DNA of 62,540 nt, the filler included, from Chiloscyllium plagiosum (lineage: Eukaryota): NCBI RefSeq assembly GCF_004010195.1. It is 4 parts of one record of this genome, joined end to end, with 100 filler letters (N's around TTAATTAATTAA, not from the genome) between each part and the next. Parts side by side here need not be neighbours in the genome. Positions count along the whole stretch, not along the records: positions 32,550 to 55,944 come from NC_057717.1; positions 56,045 to 62,540 come from NC_057717.1; 2 more parts are not named here. The stretch is one strand, 5' to 3'. Every line of letters starts with the position of its first letter. Position 1 is the first letter of the stretch. The notes under the pieces are model-generated. The model saw only the letters and a list, made by a program, of their open reading frames with translations, searched no databases and had not been told where the DNA came from. This document shows, piece after piece, positions 50,301-62,540 of this stretch. Position numbers and translations under genes: made by a program.

Positions 50301-53300
50301 CTTGGAATTACTTTAAACTCCCCTCAGATTAGCAGCCACTTCTCTGATTCTTATTTATCTTCTCATTATCTTTTCTTGTTCACTTGAACGAAATCACTTC
50401 TCAGCTTAATAAGGATAGACTGAGTCATATCTAAACTCCAACTCTTAGACTAGCTTTGACCTTTACAAAGGTTATGTTAGAATCAAATGAATTATGATCA
50501 ATGTTCCCTAAATACATTTTCCTTTTAGATGGCAGTAGTAATGAATGTGCATGGTGCTGTCTAAGGAGTATCATGGTACTCACACAGGTGATTTAATCAT
50601 TGCAGAATTCATAACCACTTACCTGCTCTTGAATACAGTGTTATTCATGTGGCCAGTCCAGGGCAATGTCTGGTCAATGATAGCATCCGATATGTGCTAA
50701 TGAACATAGTATTAGGGACTCAGTGATGGGAATGCTGTCGAAAATCAAACAAGGATGGTTTGATAGTTTGTCTTACTTATCCATTATTTTTGTGTCATGA
50801 ACATTACTCGCCATTTGTCAGACTAAACATGGATGTTTTCTAGGTCTTATTGCATTTCACCAGGGACGGTTTAAGGAATGGTATAGTCAGTGAGCTTTCC
50901 CACGTTTAACCTTATGATGGAGAGAGGGTTATTGCAGCGGCTGGAAATGGTTGAACCTCGGACACTCTCTTTCCTTAGGAATGGCTGCAGAGCTGCCCTG
51001 GAGTTCCAATTACTGACAATGATAGAAAACTTTGTTTGTTGCTGGTGATAATTCCAAACAGGAGAGTACTTCCCCAGATTCCGATTAAGTATAATTTTAC
51101 TCGGGCTCCTATTGTCACACACTGTTAAATGGTGCCTTACTGTTAAGAGTAATTACTCTCACTGCCCCGTTGGAGTTCCATTCTTTTGAACCGAACTTGC
51201 AAAGGGGTCAGGAGCTGAGTTAGCCTGACAGGACACTAACTGAATGACACTGAGCAGTTTATTGCTGAACATCTTACTTCACATTTCCATGGTAGACCAT
51301 ACGCCAATAGGACAGTGACTAGCTGCAGTGCAAAGCCCGTCCTTTTGTTAACAGGATACATTTGGGCAATTTGTTACATTGTTGGGAGAGATCAGCGTTC
51401 TTGCTGGAATGCAACAGCTGGGTGAGAGATGTGGCAATCTCTGGAGACAATTAACGTTTCCAGTGTCTCCAGCCATTTCTTTACGTTGTGTGCTGCATTG
51501 TCTGAAAGTTGGGGTCTGTGAGGCTGGGGCCTATTGAAGGAGGCTGAAATGGATCATCCTCTCAACACTTCTGGCTGAAATTGTTACAAAAGCAGCAGCT
51601 TTATTTTTATTTTCCCTGATGTGCTACCGTGCCCCACAAATGGGGATTTCATTGCTGGAGAACAGCCTCCTCCTCCAATGGTGTATTTCATGGTCAGTCT
51701 TTTACAATTACTTGTGACTGGACCACAGAGATAGATCTGAACCATTGATTGTGGGATCATTGTGCTCTATCCATAACCTGCCGAAGAGCAATGTAGCAGC
51801 AATAGAATCCAAAATCAATGCTGAACACTATACTGACTATATGCCAAGGAGCTTCCCCCCGGCTTGGCTGTGTCCTATTAATGCGATATAACCTATCAGA
51901 GAGGGTGGTGATGTTGACTGGGACATGGTTCTGTTCACAGAATCCTGCTTTACAGCCAACGCCAGCTTTGACATAGGGTCAGTTCGACTCGAAACGTCAG
52001 CTCTTTTCTCTCCTTACAGATGCTGCCAGACCTACTGAGATTTTCCAGCATTTTCTCTTTTGGTTTCAGATTCCAACGTCTGTCTGTTGCCTGATTAGTC
52101 TGTGGGAAACCTACAAAAGTTCACTTTTAAATATTGTATAATTTTACAATCACTTTAATATCACTTTATTTCTTACATATATTTGAGTAAACGAAACATA
52201 ATTGTTTTTCAGTTTAAAACAATTGACGTGAAAAAAGAAGTTTCCAGATTGCACACCGAACTGTTAGGTAATTCATTGACTGTAGTAAACAGCTAATTCA
52301 TGTTCGTTTCAGTGCACACACCATCTTGCAGGCAGCAAAGCTGTTGAAATAATTTTGAAAAAAGAAAGTCTGAATTCAGACATCGCTACTACCTACAAGT
52401 TCAAGGACATGAAAGTATACAATTATTTTCCCTAGTAATAATATTGTGTACGAATAGTCGACTCTCCTGCTCCTCAGATGCTGCCTGACCGGTGTGCTAT
52501 TTTTCAGCACTGCATTTTATGGCTCTGATATCCAAAATCTGCACTCCTTACTTCTTCCCTGCTCATATTCGCACATACTCATTTTTGTGGTGACAATGTT
52601 ACTCTGTTTCTAAACATTTTACAGTCAGATACGAGTATATTTTGAATTGCTTCCGTGGATCTCACAGCTCAGCAATGTCAGCGTCGGGGTGAAGCTAGGT
52701 ATGTTGGCCGTGCTTCTGAGAAACTGACAGAACGTTTCAAACAGCATATCCCTTCAACTGTTCACAACAAGCAAGGTGCACACTAGATCCAACCAAACTG
52801 CGCTCACAAAATCCAAAACACAGTGTCCAGCATTGGGCATGTTTGTACAATACATCTCATGCTAACTTATTCATGGAATGTGATTGGCCCATATTTATTG
52901 TACAACCCTTGTTGCCCTTGAGAATGTGGCGGTGAGCTGCCACATTGAACCACTGCAGTCCATGTGCTGTTGGCAGACTTACAATGTCCTTTGGGAGGGA
53001 CATTCAACCAGGGGCACTGACGAAACAGCAATAGACTTCCCAATCAGGTTTCTCAGTAGATTGGAAGGGAAAGTGAACATGTTGGTAGTCCCATGCATCT
53101 ACTGCTTTTCTCCTTCTTGATGGTCGTGGTTTCAGAGGAACTTTGTAAGGAGGCTTCGTAAATTTCTGCAGAGCATCGTGTATATGGCAGGCATTGCTGC
53201 TACTGAGTGTCAGAGGATGAGGAATGAAGCTGCTCTAATGCAGGCGAATGGGGGGTATTTTATCGCACACACATTCAACGTGTGTCTTATAGATGGTGGA

Positions 53301-54863
53301 CAGGCTTTCCAAAACCATGAGGTAAGGTATGTCTGAAGGATTCCTAGTCCCTGACATATTATTGCAGCCAATGAATTTATATGAGTCAGAAAGTGCAACA
53401 CTGGCAAAGGACAACAGGTCAGGCAGCATCCGAGGTACAGGAGAGTCGACGTTTTTGCATAAGTCCTTCACGGGAATGGGTAATGAATTTATACGGTCAG
53501 TCCAGTACTGGTTAACGGTAATCCCGGGATATTGGTAGTAGGGCATTCAGTGATGTTGGTAGCATTGAACTTTAGATTATATGGTTCAATTCTGTATTGT
53601 TTGAGGTGATCGTTGTCTGGCATGTGCGTAATGGAAATGTTACTTGTTATTTATTCGCGCACACTGTATACTTCACAGGTCCTGTTGTATTTGAATAATA
53701 ACTGTTTCAGTATTTGATTAAATCACGAATGGTTTTGAACATTGTCCAATCATTGGTGAACACCCCCACTTGTGCCTTTACGGTGGAGGGATGGTCATTT
53801 ATGAAGCAGTTGAAGATTGTTCGGCTGATGACTGAGAACACTCTTATATCTCACTGATAGTGTCCATCCCTCTGATCGAGGAAGTTCACTTCCAGTTCTA
53901 CCTGTTCTAGTGTTGTGTAGTAAAATATCTCAAAGGATTAATATTACAATGTATACACCAAGGAGCTGAGTGATGACTTGGTTCCCTCACACAGTTGGGC
54001 GGTTAAATTGTAATGTAGATTAATACCAACAGTGTGGGTTCAGTTCCTGCACTGACGGAGGTGACTGTAAAGGACTGTCCTACTCAACTGCTCCCACGCT
54101 GAGGCATGATGATTGCCTAGTTAAACTAGTACCATTCGTCTCTGTCCAACGAGAGAACACCCTATCATTCCATAGGAGTATGATGCCTTTCCTTTCCATT
54201 TCTGATCTACAGGCTTCGATCACCTTAGAAACACCTCCCCTGTAGATATCACACAAAATGAATCGTGTTAGCTGAAAGCTGCCGTCTGGAAGAGTCTAAA
54301 TATATCATCCCATCGACACTTCTGTCTGAACATTATGTAGGTATGTTCCATCCTTATCTTTTCTAATGATTTGCTGGGCTCTTCCCTAATTGACAAAGGT
54401 GATATTTCTGGATTCTCCACCTCCAGTAAGATGTTTGATTATGCAAAACCATTCATAGAGACTGCATTTGATAAGAATGCAGAGATTAGGTCTGATTCGT
54501 TGGTTATAATTTCACTTAGATCTATCCGTCACTTTAAGCTTACGCTATTTGGTGGCTAAGTGGTTCTCTTTGGTTAGTTCACCTCATTTTGAGGTATACC
54601 TGGTATACCTCTTGGCAGGCCCTCCTGTATTCTCCATCGAACCTGACGTGATGGTCAGGTTAAAGTGAAACCTATGCCAGGTAGTAATAGTGAAAATTGT
54701 ACTGGAGTCCAACTCTGCTGCTGTTCGTAATGACCTGAATTAACCTCACACAGTGGAGATCTGATTTACTCGATACATTCGAAATGTCTTTTGTTTAGCA
54801 CAGCTATCTGTCACAAACACAGACACACAGACACGCACAGACGCACACACACCGACACACACA

Positions 54864-54913
<50 letters not shown>

Positions 54914-55944
54914 CACAGAAAGAAGGGTATTCCCGATGTAAAATATCATTCGTGGTTGTTTCTGTAGCCAATTTGGTCATCGATCAACATGTCTGCAGGC
55001 GGTAGAATGGTGAGGATGGGGTTAAATATGCTTCTCCCTCTCAATCGTTCCCACCCCATCCGGTGCAGCCCCAGTCCAGCAGCTATGTCCTTTTGGACCC
55101 GACCATCTCGATCAGCAATGCTGGTGCTGAGCACCTCTTGGTGGTGGTTTTGGAAAGGCCCACCCAGTATTCATTGTCTTGCTTTGTCACTGTCTGAGTG
55201 CTTCCATCAAGTGTTGTTCAATGTTGAGGGAAACTGATCCATAAGCTTAGTGAGGAGATTCGGCAGGAGTTGCCCGTGTCAGTGCTTAATCTGACACCAT
55301 GAGGTTGAGGGAGGGTAGTCTGCAGGAGGTTTCCATGTTAATATTTGAACTGACACAAGTAGGCTTCATTATGTTACCTTGTTGCTTGAGCAGTCTGAAG
55401 GACAGCACCCCTAATTTTGACATTAACCCCTTGCTGTCAGGAAAGAGGTGTATTGCACGGTCCACAGAGTTTTTCATTTTTGTCGCTGTCAACTAAAGGG
55501 CCTCTCCTGTTTTGTACAGTACGGACTCTATAGCTGTTGGGATAGGACACGACGTCTTCTCACTCCTTCAGTTAGTTCCATTACCTTGTATAGTCCACAG
55601 ATTTCTGCATTTTTCTCTGTTAATTAATTAAATAATACCGTTCAAAACTGTCCACGTAATCTCTGAAACTTCCCTGTCATCTCCTCCAGCTGCTCCATCC
55701 TTCCCTAACTCTGGAACCCATTGTATCTCCACAATCTTTATCATCCTACCTACGACTGTTAATTCCTGCAGAATCTTTACTACTCCCTATCTCTGTGATT
55801 TCCTCGAGTCCCCACACCCTCCCTATCTCTCAAACTTTCTCCAAACACTACACCACTCCTTATGTCTGTAACCTCCTCCAGCTACGAAATCCCTCCCGAA
55901 ATCTGTCACCTCCTTCAGCTAATACATCCCTCCTCTTGCTGTAA
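47346..55944 (+). repeat. Segmental duplication, copy B
   Basis: See copy A. It differs by scattered substitutions, one SINE insertion and two large deletions. Confidence 0.97.
49676..49987 (+). mobile_element. HE1-type V-SINE specific to copy B, with TAATT target-site duplication
   Basis: Full head, V-domain and tail. TAATT at 49671-49675 and 49988-49992. The empty site GACCATAATTCAATC is present in copy A at ~39131-39145. Confidence 0.95.
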
Positions 55945-56044
55945 NNNNNNNNNNNNNNNNNNNNNNNNNNNNNNNNNNNNNNNNNNNNTTAATTAATTAA
56001 NNNNNNNNNNNNNNNNNNNNNNNNNNNNNNNNNNNNNNNNNNNN
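55945..56044. other. Artificial scaffold linker
   Basis: 44 N + TTAATTAATTAA (55989-56000) + 44 N. Confidence 0.97.
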
Positions 56045-59000
56045 ATGGATAAATACTTGGAGATACGATATTATGGTCATTACGCAGATTTGAATATCAC
56101 AGGATCAGGAATATTTATTGGATGTTCTGACGTTCATATGTGTCAAGAGGAATAGGGAGGGAAGCAAAAGAAATGGGGTGCGGCATTTCTAATCAGGGGT
56201 ATATCATTGCTGAAGAAAAGGAGGTTGTTCAGGTGGATTTCTCTACAGAGTCAATGTCAGAGAAAGTGTCACGAAGGATCAGGTTGGGAGGCAAATTTTG
56301 GAAAGATGCACAAATAACTGGGTTGTTGTCATGGGAGATTTCAAGTTCGTTAATATTGACGGGAAATTCCTCAGTGCTCCCACACAGTTTTGAAAGAGCA
56401 GATTTTTCTAGGTGTGCCCAGGAAGGATTCCTAACTCAATATGCAGACAGGCTGACTGGACGCGAGGTCATGTTGGATTCGGTGATTGGCAACAAACCAT
56501 GGCAGTTGGTAGGTCTCTCGACAGGAGAGCACTTCAGTGATAATGATCACAACTTTGTAACCTTTTTATCTACTAATGGAGAGACATAGGAGGAGCTCGT
56601 ATGGGAAAATATTTAATTGGGGCTCAGATTTACAATATGATTAGGCTGAAACGTGTAGCATAAATTCTCAAGGAAATACAGAACAGACATGTGAAGGTTA
56701 ATTGAGAAGCAGTTGCTGCGAATGCTGGATAGGTTTGTCCCAGAGAGGCAAGGAAGTGAATTTAGGGTGAAAGAAATTCTGATGAGAAAATGAATAGTTT
56801 TGAACAGTATTCACTGTGGAAAACGACAATGTTGTTGAGGAGGATACTGAGATACAGGCTACTAGACGAGGTGGGATTGAGGTTCATAAGGAAGAGGTAT
56901 TAGAAATCCTGCAGAGTGTGAAAGTAGATAGATCCCCTGGGCCGGATGGGATTTATCCTAGGATCCTCTGGGAAGCCAGGGAGGAGATTGCTGACCCTTT
57001 GGCATTGATCTTTAAATCGTCATTGTCTACAGGAATAGTTCCAGAAGACGGGAAGATAGTAAATGTGGTTCTCCTGCTCAAGAGGTGGAGGAGACACAAC
57101 CCTGGTAATTACAGACCAGTGAGCCTTACTTCAGTTGTTGGTAAAGTGTTGCAAAAGATAATTAGAGATAGTATTTATAATCATGTAGAAAAGAATAATT
57201 TGATTAGGGATAGTCAGCATAGTTTTGTGAAGGGTAGGTAGTGCCTCGCAAACCTTATGGAGAAGGTTTGAGAAGGTTCTTTGAGAAGATGACCACACAG
57301 TAAGATGAGAGTAAACCAGTTGATGCGGTGTATATGGATTTCAGCAAGGTGTTCGATAAGGTTCCCGACAGTAGGCTATTGTACAAAATGCGGAAGTATG
57401 GGATTTTGGGAGATATAGCAGTTTGGATCAGTAATTGGCTTGCTGAAAGAAGACAGAGGGTGGTGGTTGATGGGAAATGTTCATCCTGGTGTCCAGTTAG
57501 CAGTGGTGTACCGCAGGGTCGGTGTTTGGTCCACTGTTGTTCGTCATTTTCATAAAATAGTGAGGAGGGCTCTTGTCGGCTGCAGAGGGACTTGGATATG
57601 ATGCAGAGCTGGGCTGAGGAGTGGCAGATGGAGTTCAACCCTGCCAAGTGTGAGGTTGTCCATTTTGGAAAGACAAATAAGAATGCAGAATACAGGATTG
57701 ACGGTAGGGTTCTTAGTGTGGTGGAGGAACAGAGGGATCTTGGGATCTATGTTCATAGATCTTTGAAAGTTGCCACTCAGGTGGAGAGAGCTTGTAAGAA
57801 GGCCTATGGTGTATTAGCGTTCATTAGCAGAGGGATTGAATTCAAGAATCGTGAAGTGATGTTGCAACTGTACAGGACCTTGGTTAGGCCACATTTGGAG
57901 TACTGTGTGCAGTCCTGGTNNNNNNNNNNNNNNNNNNNNNNNNNNNNNNNNNNNNNNNNNNNNNNNNNNNNNNNNNNNNNNNNNNNNNNNNNNNNNNNNN
58001 NNNNNNNNNNNNNNNNNNNNNNNNNNNNNNNNNNNNNNNNNNNNNNNNNNNNNNNNNNNNNNNNNNNNNNNNNNNNNNNNNNNNNNNNNNNNNNNNNNNN
58101 NNNNNNNNNNNNNNNNNNNNNNNNNNNNNNNNNNNNNNNNNNNNNNNNNNNNNNNNNNNNNNNNNNNNNNNNNNNNNNNNNNNNNNNNNNNNNNNNNNNN
58201 NNNNNNNNNNNNNNNNNNNNNNNNNNNNNNNNNNNNNNNNNNNNNNNNNNNNNNNNNNNNNNNNNNNNNNNNNNNNNNNNNNNNNNNNNNNNNNNNNNNN
58301 NNNNNNNNNNNNNNNNNNNNNNNNNNNNNNNNNNNNNNNNNNNNNNNNNNNNNNNNNNNNNNNNNNNNNNNNNNNNNNNNNNNNNNNNNNNNNNNNNNNN
58401 NNNNNNNNNNNNNNNNNNNNNNNNNNNNNNNNNNNNNNNNNNNNNNNNNNNNNNNNNNNNNNNNNNNNNNNNNNNNNNNNNNNNNNNNNNNNNNNNNNNN
58501 NNNNNNNNNNNNNNNNNNNNNNNNNNNNNNNNNNNNNNNNNNNNNNNNNNNNNNNNNNNNNNNNNNNNNNNNNNNNNNNNNNNNNNNNNNNNNNNNNNNN
58601 NNNNNNNNNNNNNNNNNNNNNNNNNNNNNNNNNNNNNNNNNNNNNNNNNNNNNNNNNNNNNNNNNNNNNNNNNNNNNNNNNNNNNNNNNNNNNNNNCAGT
58701 TCTGGTCACCACATTATAAGAAGGATGTGGAAGCTTTGGAAAGGGTGCAGAGGAGATTTACAAGGATGCTGCCTGGTATGGAGGGAAGGTCTTACGAAGA
58801 AAGGCTGAGGGACTTGAGGCTGTTTTCGTTGGAGAGAAGAAGGTTGAGAGGTGACTGAATGGAGACATATAAGATAATCGGACGGTTGGATAGAGTGGAT
58901 AGGGAGAGACTTTTTCCAAGTATGATGACGGCGAGCCCGAGGGGCATAGGTTTAAATTGAGGGGCGATAGATATAAGACAGATGTCAGAGATATTTTCAT

Positions 59001-59214
59001 GACTCAGAGGGTAGTAAGCGTATGGAATGCTTTGCCTGCAACGGTATTAGATTCGCCAACTTTAAGTACATTTAAGTGGTCAATAGGCAAGTATATGGAC
59101 CTACATGGAATAGTGTAGGTTAGATGGGCTTCAGATTGGTCCGACAGGTCAGCACAACATCGCCGAAGGGCCTGTACTGTGCTGTAATGTTCTATGTTCT
59201 ATTTGTTCTATGTT
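56045..59214 (+). mobile_element. CR1 LINE ORF2 mosaic (endonuclease, RT, 3' UTR) with internal deletions and a 777-N gap at 57920-58696
   Basis: DRSPGPDGIYPRIL, NYRPVSLTSVVGK, YMDFSKVFDKVP and KCEVVHFG. The tail is GCCGAAGGGCCTGTACTGTGCTG plus (CTATGTT)n. Confidence 0.93.
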
Positions 59215-61180
59215 GACAAGAGATGAGAAACATCTAGTTAAGAGGATGAAGGAAGTTTATTGAAGTTTGGGGAAGCAAGAATCAGACAGGACACGGGACG
59301 TGGTGGGCGGAGTAGGTGGGGTAACAAGGTAGCCAGGAAGGAACTGAAGAATAGACTTAAGATAGCTCGAAACGGGCATGAAAAAGTGGGTAGAATTAAG
59401 AAAAATCCCAAGGCATTCTACACATATATGAGGAATAAGAGGATGGCTAAAGTGACGGTGCGGCCAATCAGGGACAGTGGTGGTTCCTTATGCCTGAAGT
59501 CGGAGGAGGCACGGTAAATAATTTACAAATGCTTTGCACGAGTCTTCGCTTGTGAGAGAAAACTTGTCCTTTGTGAGGACTGCGTGAAACAGGCTGATCT
59601 GCTCGAACAGATTGATATGGAGAAGGCGGATGCGATGGAAATGTTGAAACACATGATGATATATAATTCCCCCCGGTCAGATGCATTATACTCTAGGTTA
59701 CTGCGGGAACAGAGGGAAAAGATTGCTGCGCCTTTGGCGATTTTCTTTGCATGTTCACTGTCCACTGGAGTGAGGCCATGATGATTTGAGATTGCTAAAT
59801 GTTATGCCCTTTTTCAAGAAAAGGAATAAGGATAACCCCAGGAATTACAGACCTGAACTTTTATGTCGGTGGTGGGCAAATTATTGGAGATTTTTCGGAG
59901 ACACGGGATACGTAGTTACTTGGAAAATCATAGTTTGATAAGAGATAGTGAGCAGGACTTTGTGAGTGCAGGTTATGCCTCATTCGCTTTATTGAATTAT
60001 TTGAGGATGTGACAAACACATTGAAAAAGTTCGAGCAGTGGATGTGGTGTAGATGTACTTTAGCAATTGGTTGATAACGTGTTTCATGATAGGTTCTTTT
60101 AGAGAGTAAGGAACATGTGATACAGTGAAATTTGGCTGACAGGATACAGAATTGGCTGGCCCATGGAACAGAACGGTTGGTGGGAGATGGAAAGTATTCA
60201 ACCTGGAGCTCGTTTTCCAGGGGTGTTCCAATGGGATCCCTGCTGGGACCTATTCTCTTTGTCATTTTAATAAACTTGGATGAGGAAGTGGAAGGGTGCT
60301 CTTGTACGTTTACTGATGACATGAAGCTTGGTGGGGTTGTGCATAGTGTAGAGGGCTGTTTTAGATTATAATGGGACATTGACAGGATGCAGAACTCGGC
60401 TGATAAGTGGCAGATGGAGTTCAAAATGGAAAAGCGTGAAGTGATTTATTTTGGAAGTTTGAATTTGATTCCATATTTCAGGTTTAAGGGCAGGATTCTT
60501 GGCAGCGTGTACGAACCGAGGGATATTAGAATCCATGTACACCGATCTCTCAAAGTTGTAACCCAAATCGATAGGATTGTTAAGATGCCCTATGTTGTGT
60601 TGGCTTACATTACCAGGAGAATTGAATTTAAGAACCGTGAGATTATGCTGCAGCTGTATAAATCCTGGTTAGACCTCACTTGGAATATAATTTTGAGTTT
60701 CGGTTACCTCATTATGGGAAGAATGTGGAAGCCTTACCGTGGGCGCATTGGAGGTTAACTGGAGATTTTCATGCTGCCTGGATTGGAGGGCATGTCTTCG
60801 GAAGAAAGGTTGAGTAGGCTAATGGCTATTCTCATTGGAGGGAAGAAGGGTGAAGAAGGGTGAAAGGTGACTTGATCGAGGTGTACATGATGATGGGAGG
60901 CATAGAGAGAGCTATAAGCCAGCGAATGTTTTCCCCAGGATAGTTATGTCTATCATACGGAGAAAGGATTAGGGGAGGTGTCAGTTGTGCAGGTTGATGC
61001 ATGTGTGGAATACACTGCCAACAGTGGTAGAGATACATTAGAGCTATTTAAGCACCTCATGGATAGGGACAAAAATAATAGTAAAATTAAGGGCATGTAG
61101 GCCAGTTTAATCTTGGAGTAGAATAAAAGGTAGACACAACAACGAGGGCTGAAGCGCCTGTCCTGTGCTGTACTGTTCTA
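59215..61180 (+). mobile_element. Decayed CR1 LINE ORF2 3' half
   Basis: IKKNPKAFYTY, GVPMGSLLGP and FTDDMK, with a 3' UTR GGCTGAAGCGCCTGTCCTGTGCTGTA. Confidence 0.9.
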
Positions 61181-61184
61181 TACC

Positions 61185-62540
61185 TCAACAACTTCTTTCA
61201 GCTCCAACAATCCTTCTTATCCCTTTAATCTCCACCAGTCAGTCAGCCCATAATGTTGATGTAACTTCCTCCAGATCCCATTCTCCTCCCTATCCCTGGA
61301 CCCTTGCCTAAACATACTCTCATCCTCCTCTCTGTCATCTCCTCCAGCATCTTCATCTCTCCCTCTAGCTGTAACCTTCTTTAGTCCATACATTCTTTCC
61401 TAATTCTATATCTTGCTCCAGCACCTACGCTCATTCCTGCATCGGTCATTACTTTCACAGCATATACCATCCCTATATTAGTCAGCTTGTCCAGAATCTA
61501 CATCATTGTCTATCGGTGTAATCATCTCCATCCTCTATTTCACCATCTAACGTTCTAAACTCTTCCAGCCCCGATACCAATTACTGTCTCGTTTGCCTTC
61601 TTTACCAGCTACACTATAACTATACCTGTAACCTCCTCCACTAGCTATACCTGTCCTAATACATACAAATTCCTCCAGTACCTATACCCATTCCTATATC
61701 CATAACTTTCTCCAGTTCCTTCACAACTTCTTCTCTCTGTAACTTCCACCAGCTTTTCCAGCCCTCCCTACCTCTACAACGAGCTCGAGGCCTTGCATCC
61801 CTCCCATCTCTGTGACGTTCTCTATCCCCTATACCCCTTCTTTTCTTTGTAACCTCCTCCAGTCGCTTGTTTTCTCCCTATCTCTGTAAACTTCACCAGC
61901 TAGTGCATTCCTATTTCTCAGACATTCCCCAGTCGCTAGTTCTCTCCCTATCTCTGCAACATATTCCAACCAATACATCACTGGCTATCTTTGTAATCTC
62001 TCACAGAACCTACGCATTTCCTAATCACTGTAGCCTCCTCCAGTCCCTAGGACCCTCCCTATCTCTGTAACATTCTCCAATCCCTACAACCCTCGCTATC
62101 TCTGTAGCCTCCTCCAGTCCCCGGAAACCTCCCTACACCATTCCTACCTCTTTAAACGCCTACAGACCCTCCACTCCTCCCTCTTGCTGTAATCTCCTTC
62201 AGCATCTTCAACCCTTCATATCACTGTGGATGCCTCCAGGGCGTATATCCCTCCATATCTCTGGAACCCACTCTAGTAATGACTACCAACCTGTTGCTAT
62301 AGACTCCTGAAACTTCTGTAATCCTCCCTCTCATAGTAAACTCTTCCATCTCCTCCAGCCTTATCCAATTTTGTAATGTCTTTCAGCACATATACCTTTC
62401 CTTATCGAGGTGATTTCTCTGTTCGATAGCAGCTTTCCCAAATATGCAATACCCTCCTGCACCAATACCTCGCTGTCACTGTAAGCTCTTCCATCCTTAA
62501 GCTCCTCCATAGCTCTGTAAATTTTCACTGTATTCATTGA
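61185..62540. repeat. Degenerate ~37-bp C/T-rich satellite (same family as 46105-46845)
   Basis: CCCTATCTCTGTAACCTCCTCCAG variants recur to the end of the window. Confidence 0.85.

Overview
Repeat-saturated vertebrate genomic DNA, almost certainly from a cartilaginous fish. The evidence is HE1-type V-SINEs with (AATCT)n tails and abundant HER1/CR1 LINEs; a bamboo/carpet shark is my inference. The window is not contiguous: three 100-bp linkers (44 N + TTAATTAATTAA + 44 N) split it into four pieces (1-18275, 18376-32449, 32550-55944, 56045-62540), and there are four further N gaps. No intact host protein-coding gene is supportable. Content: many decayed CR1 and L2-type LINEs, HE1 SINEs, Penelope-like fragments carrying minimal hammerhead ribozyme motifs, a decayed Gmr1-type Gypsy LTR element (integrase upstream of RT), several satellites and minisatellites, and a ~9-10 kb tandem segmental duplication. 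The most intriguing part is a non-repeat-looking, CpG-rich block at ~9240-13070, split by an L2 insertion. Its minus strand reads as tightly packed, decayed, intronless ORFs with by-eye resemblance to an archaeo-eukaryotic primase and a Polinton/adintovirus PW-like protein. It is a candidate endogenous DNA-virus (adomavirus/Polinton-like) fossil that needs profile searches to confirm. Repeat boundaries were read by eye and are approximate.
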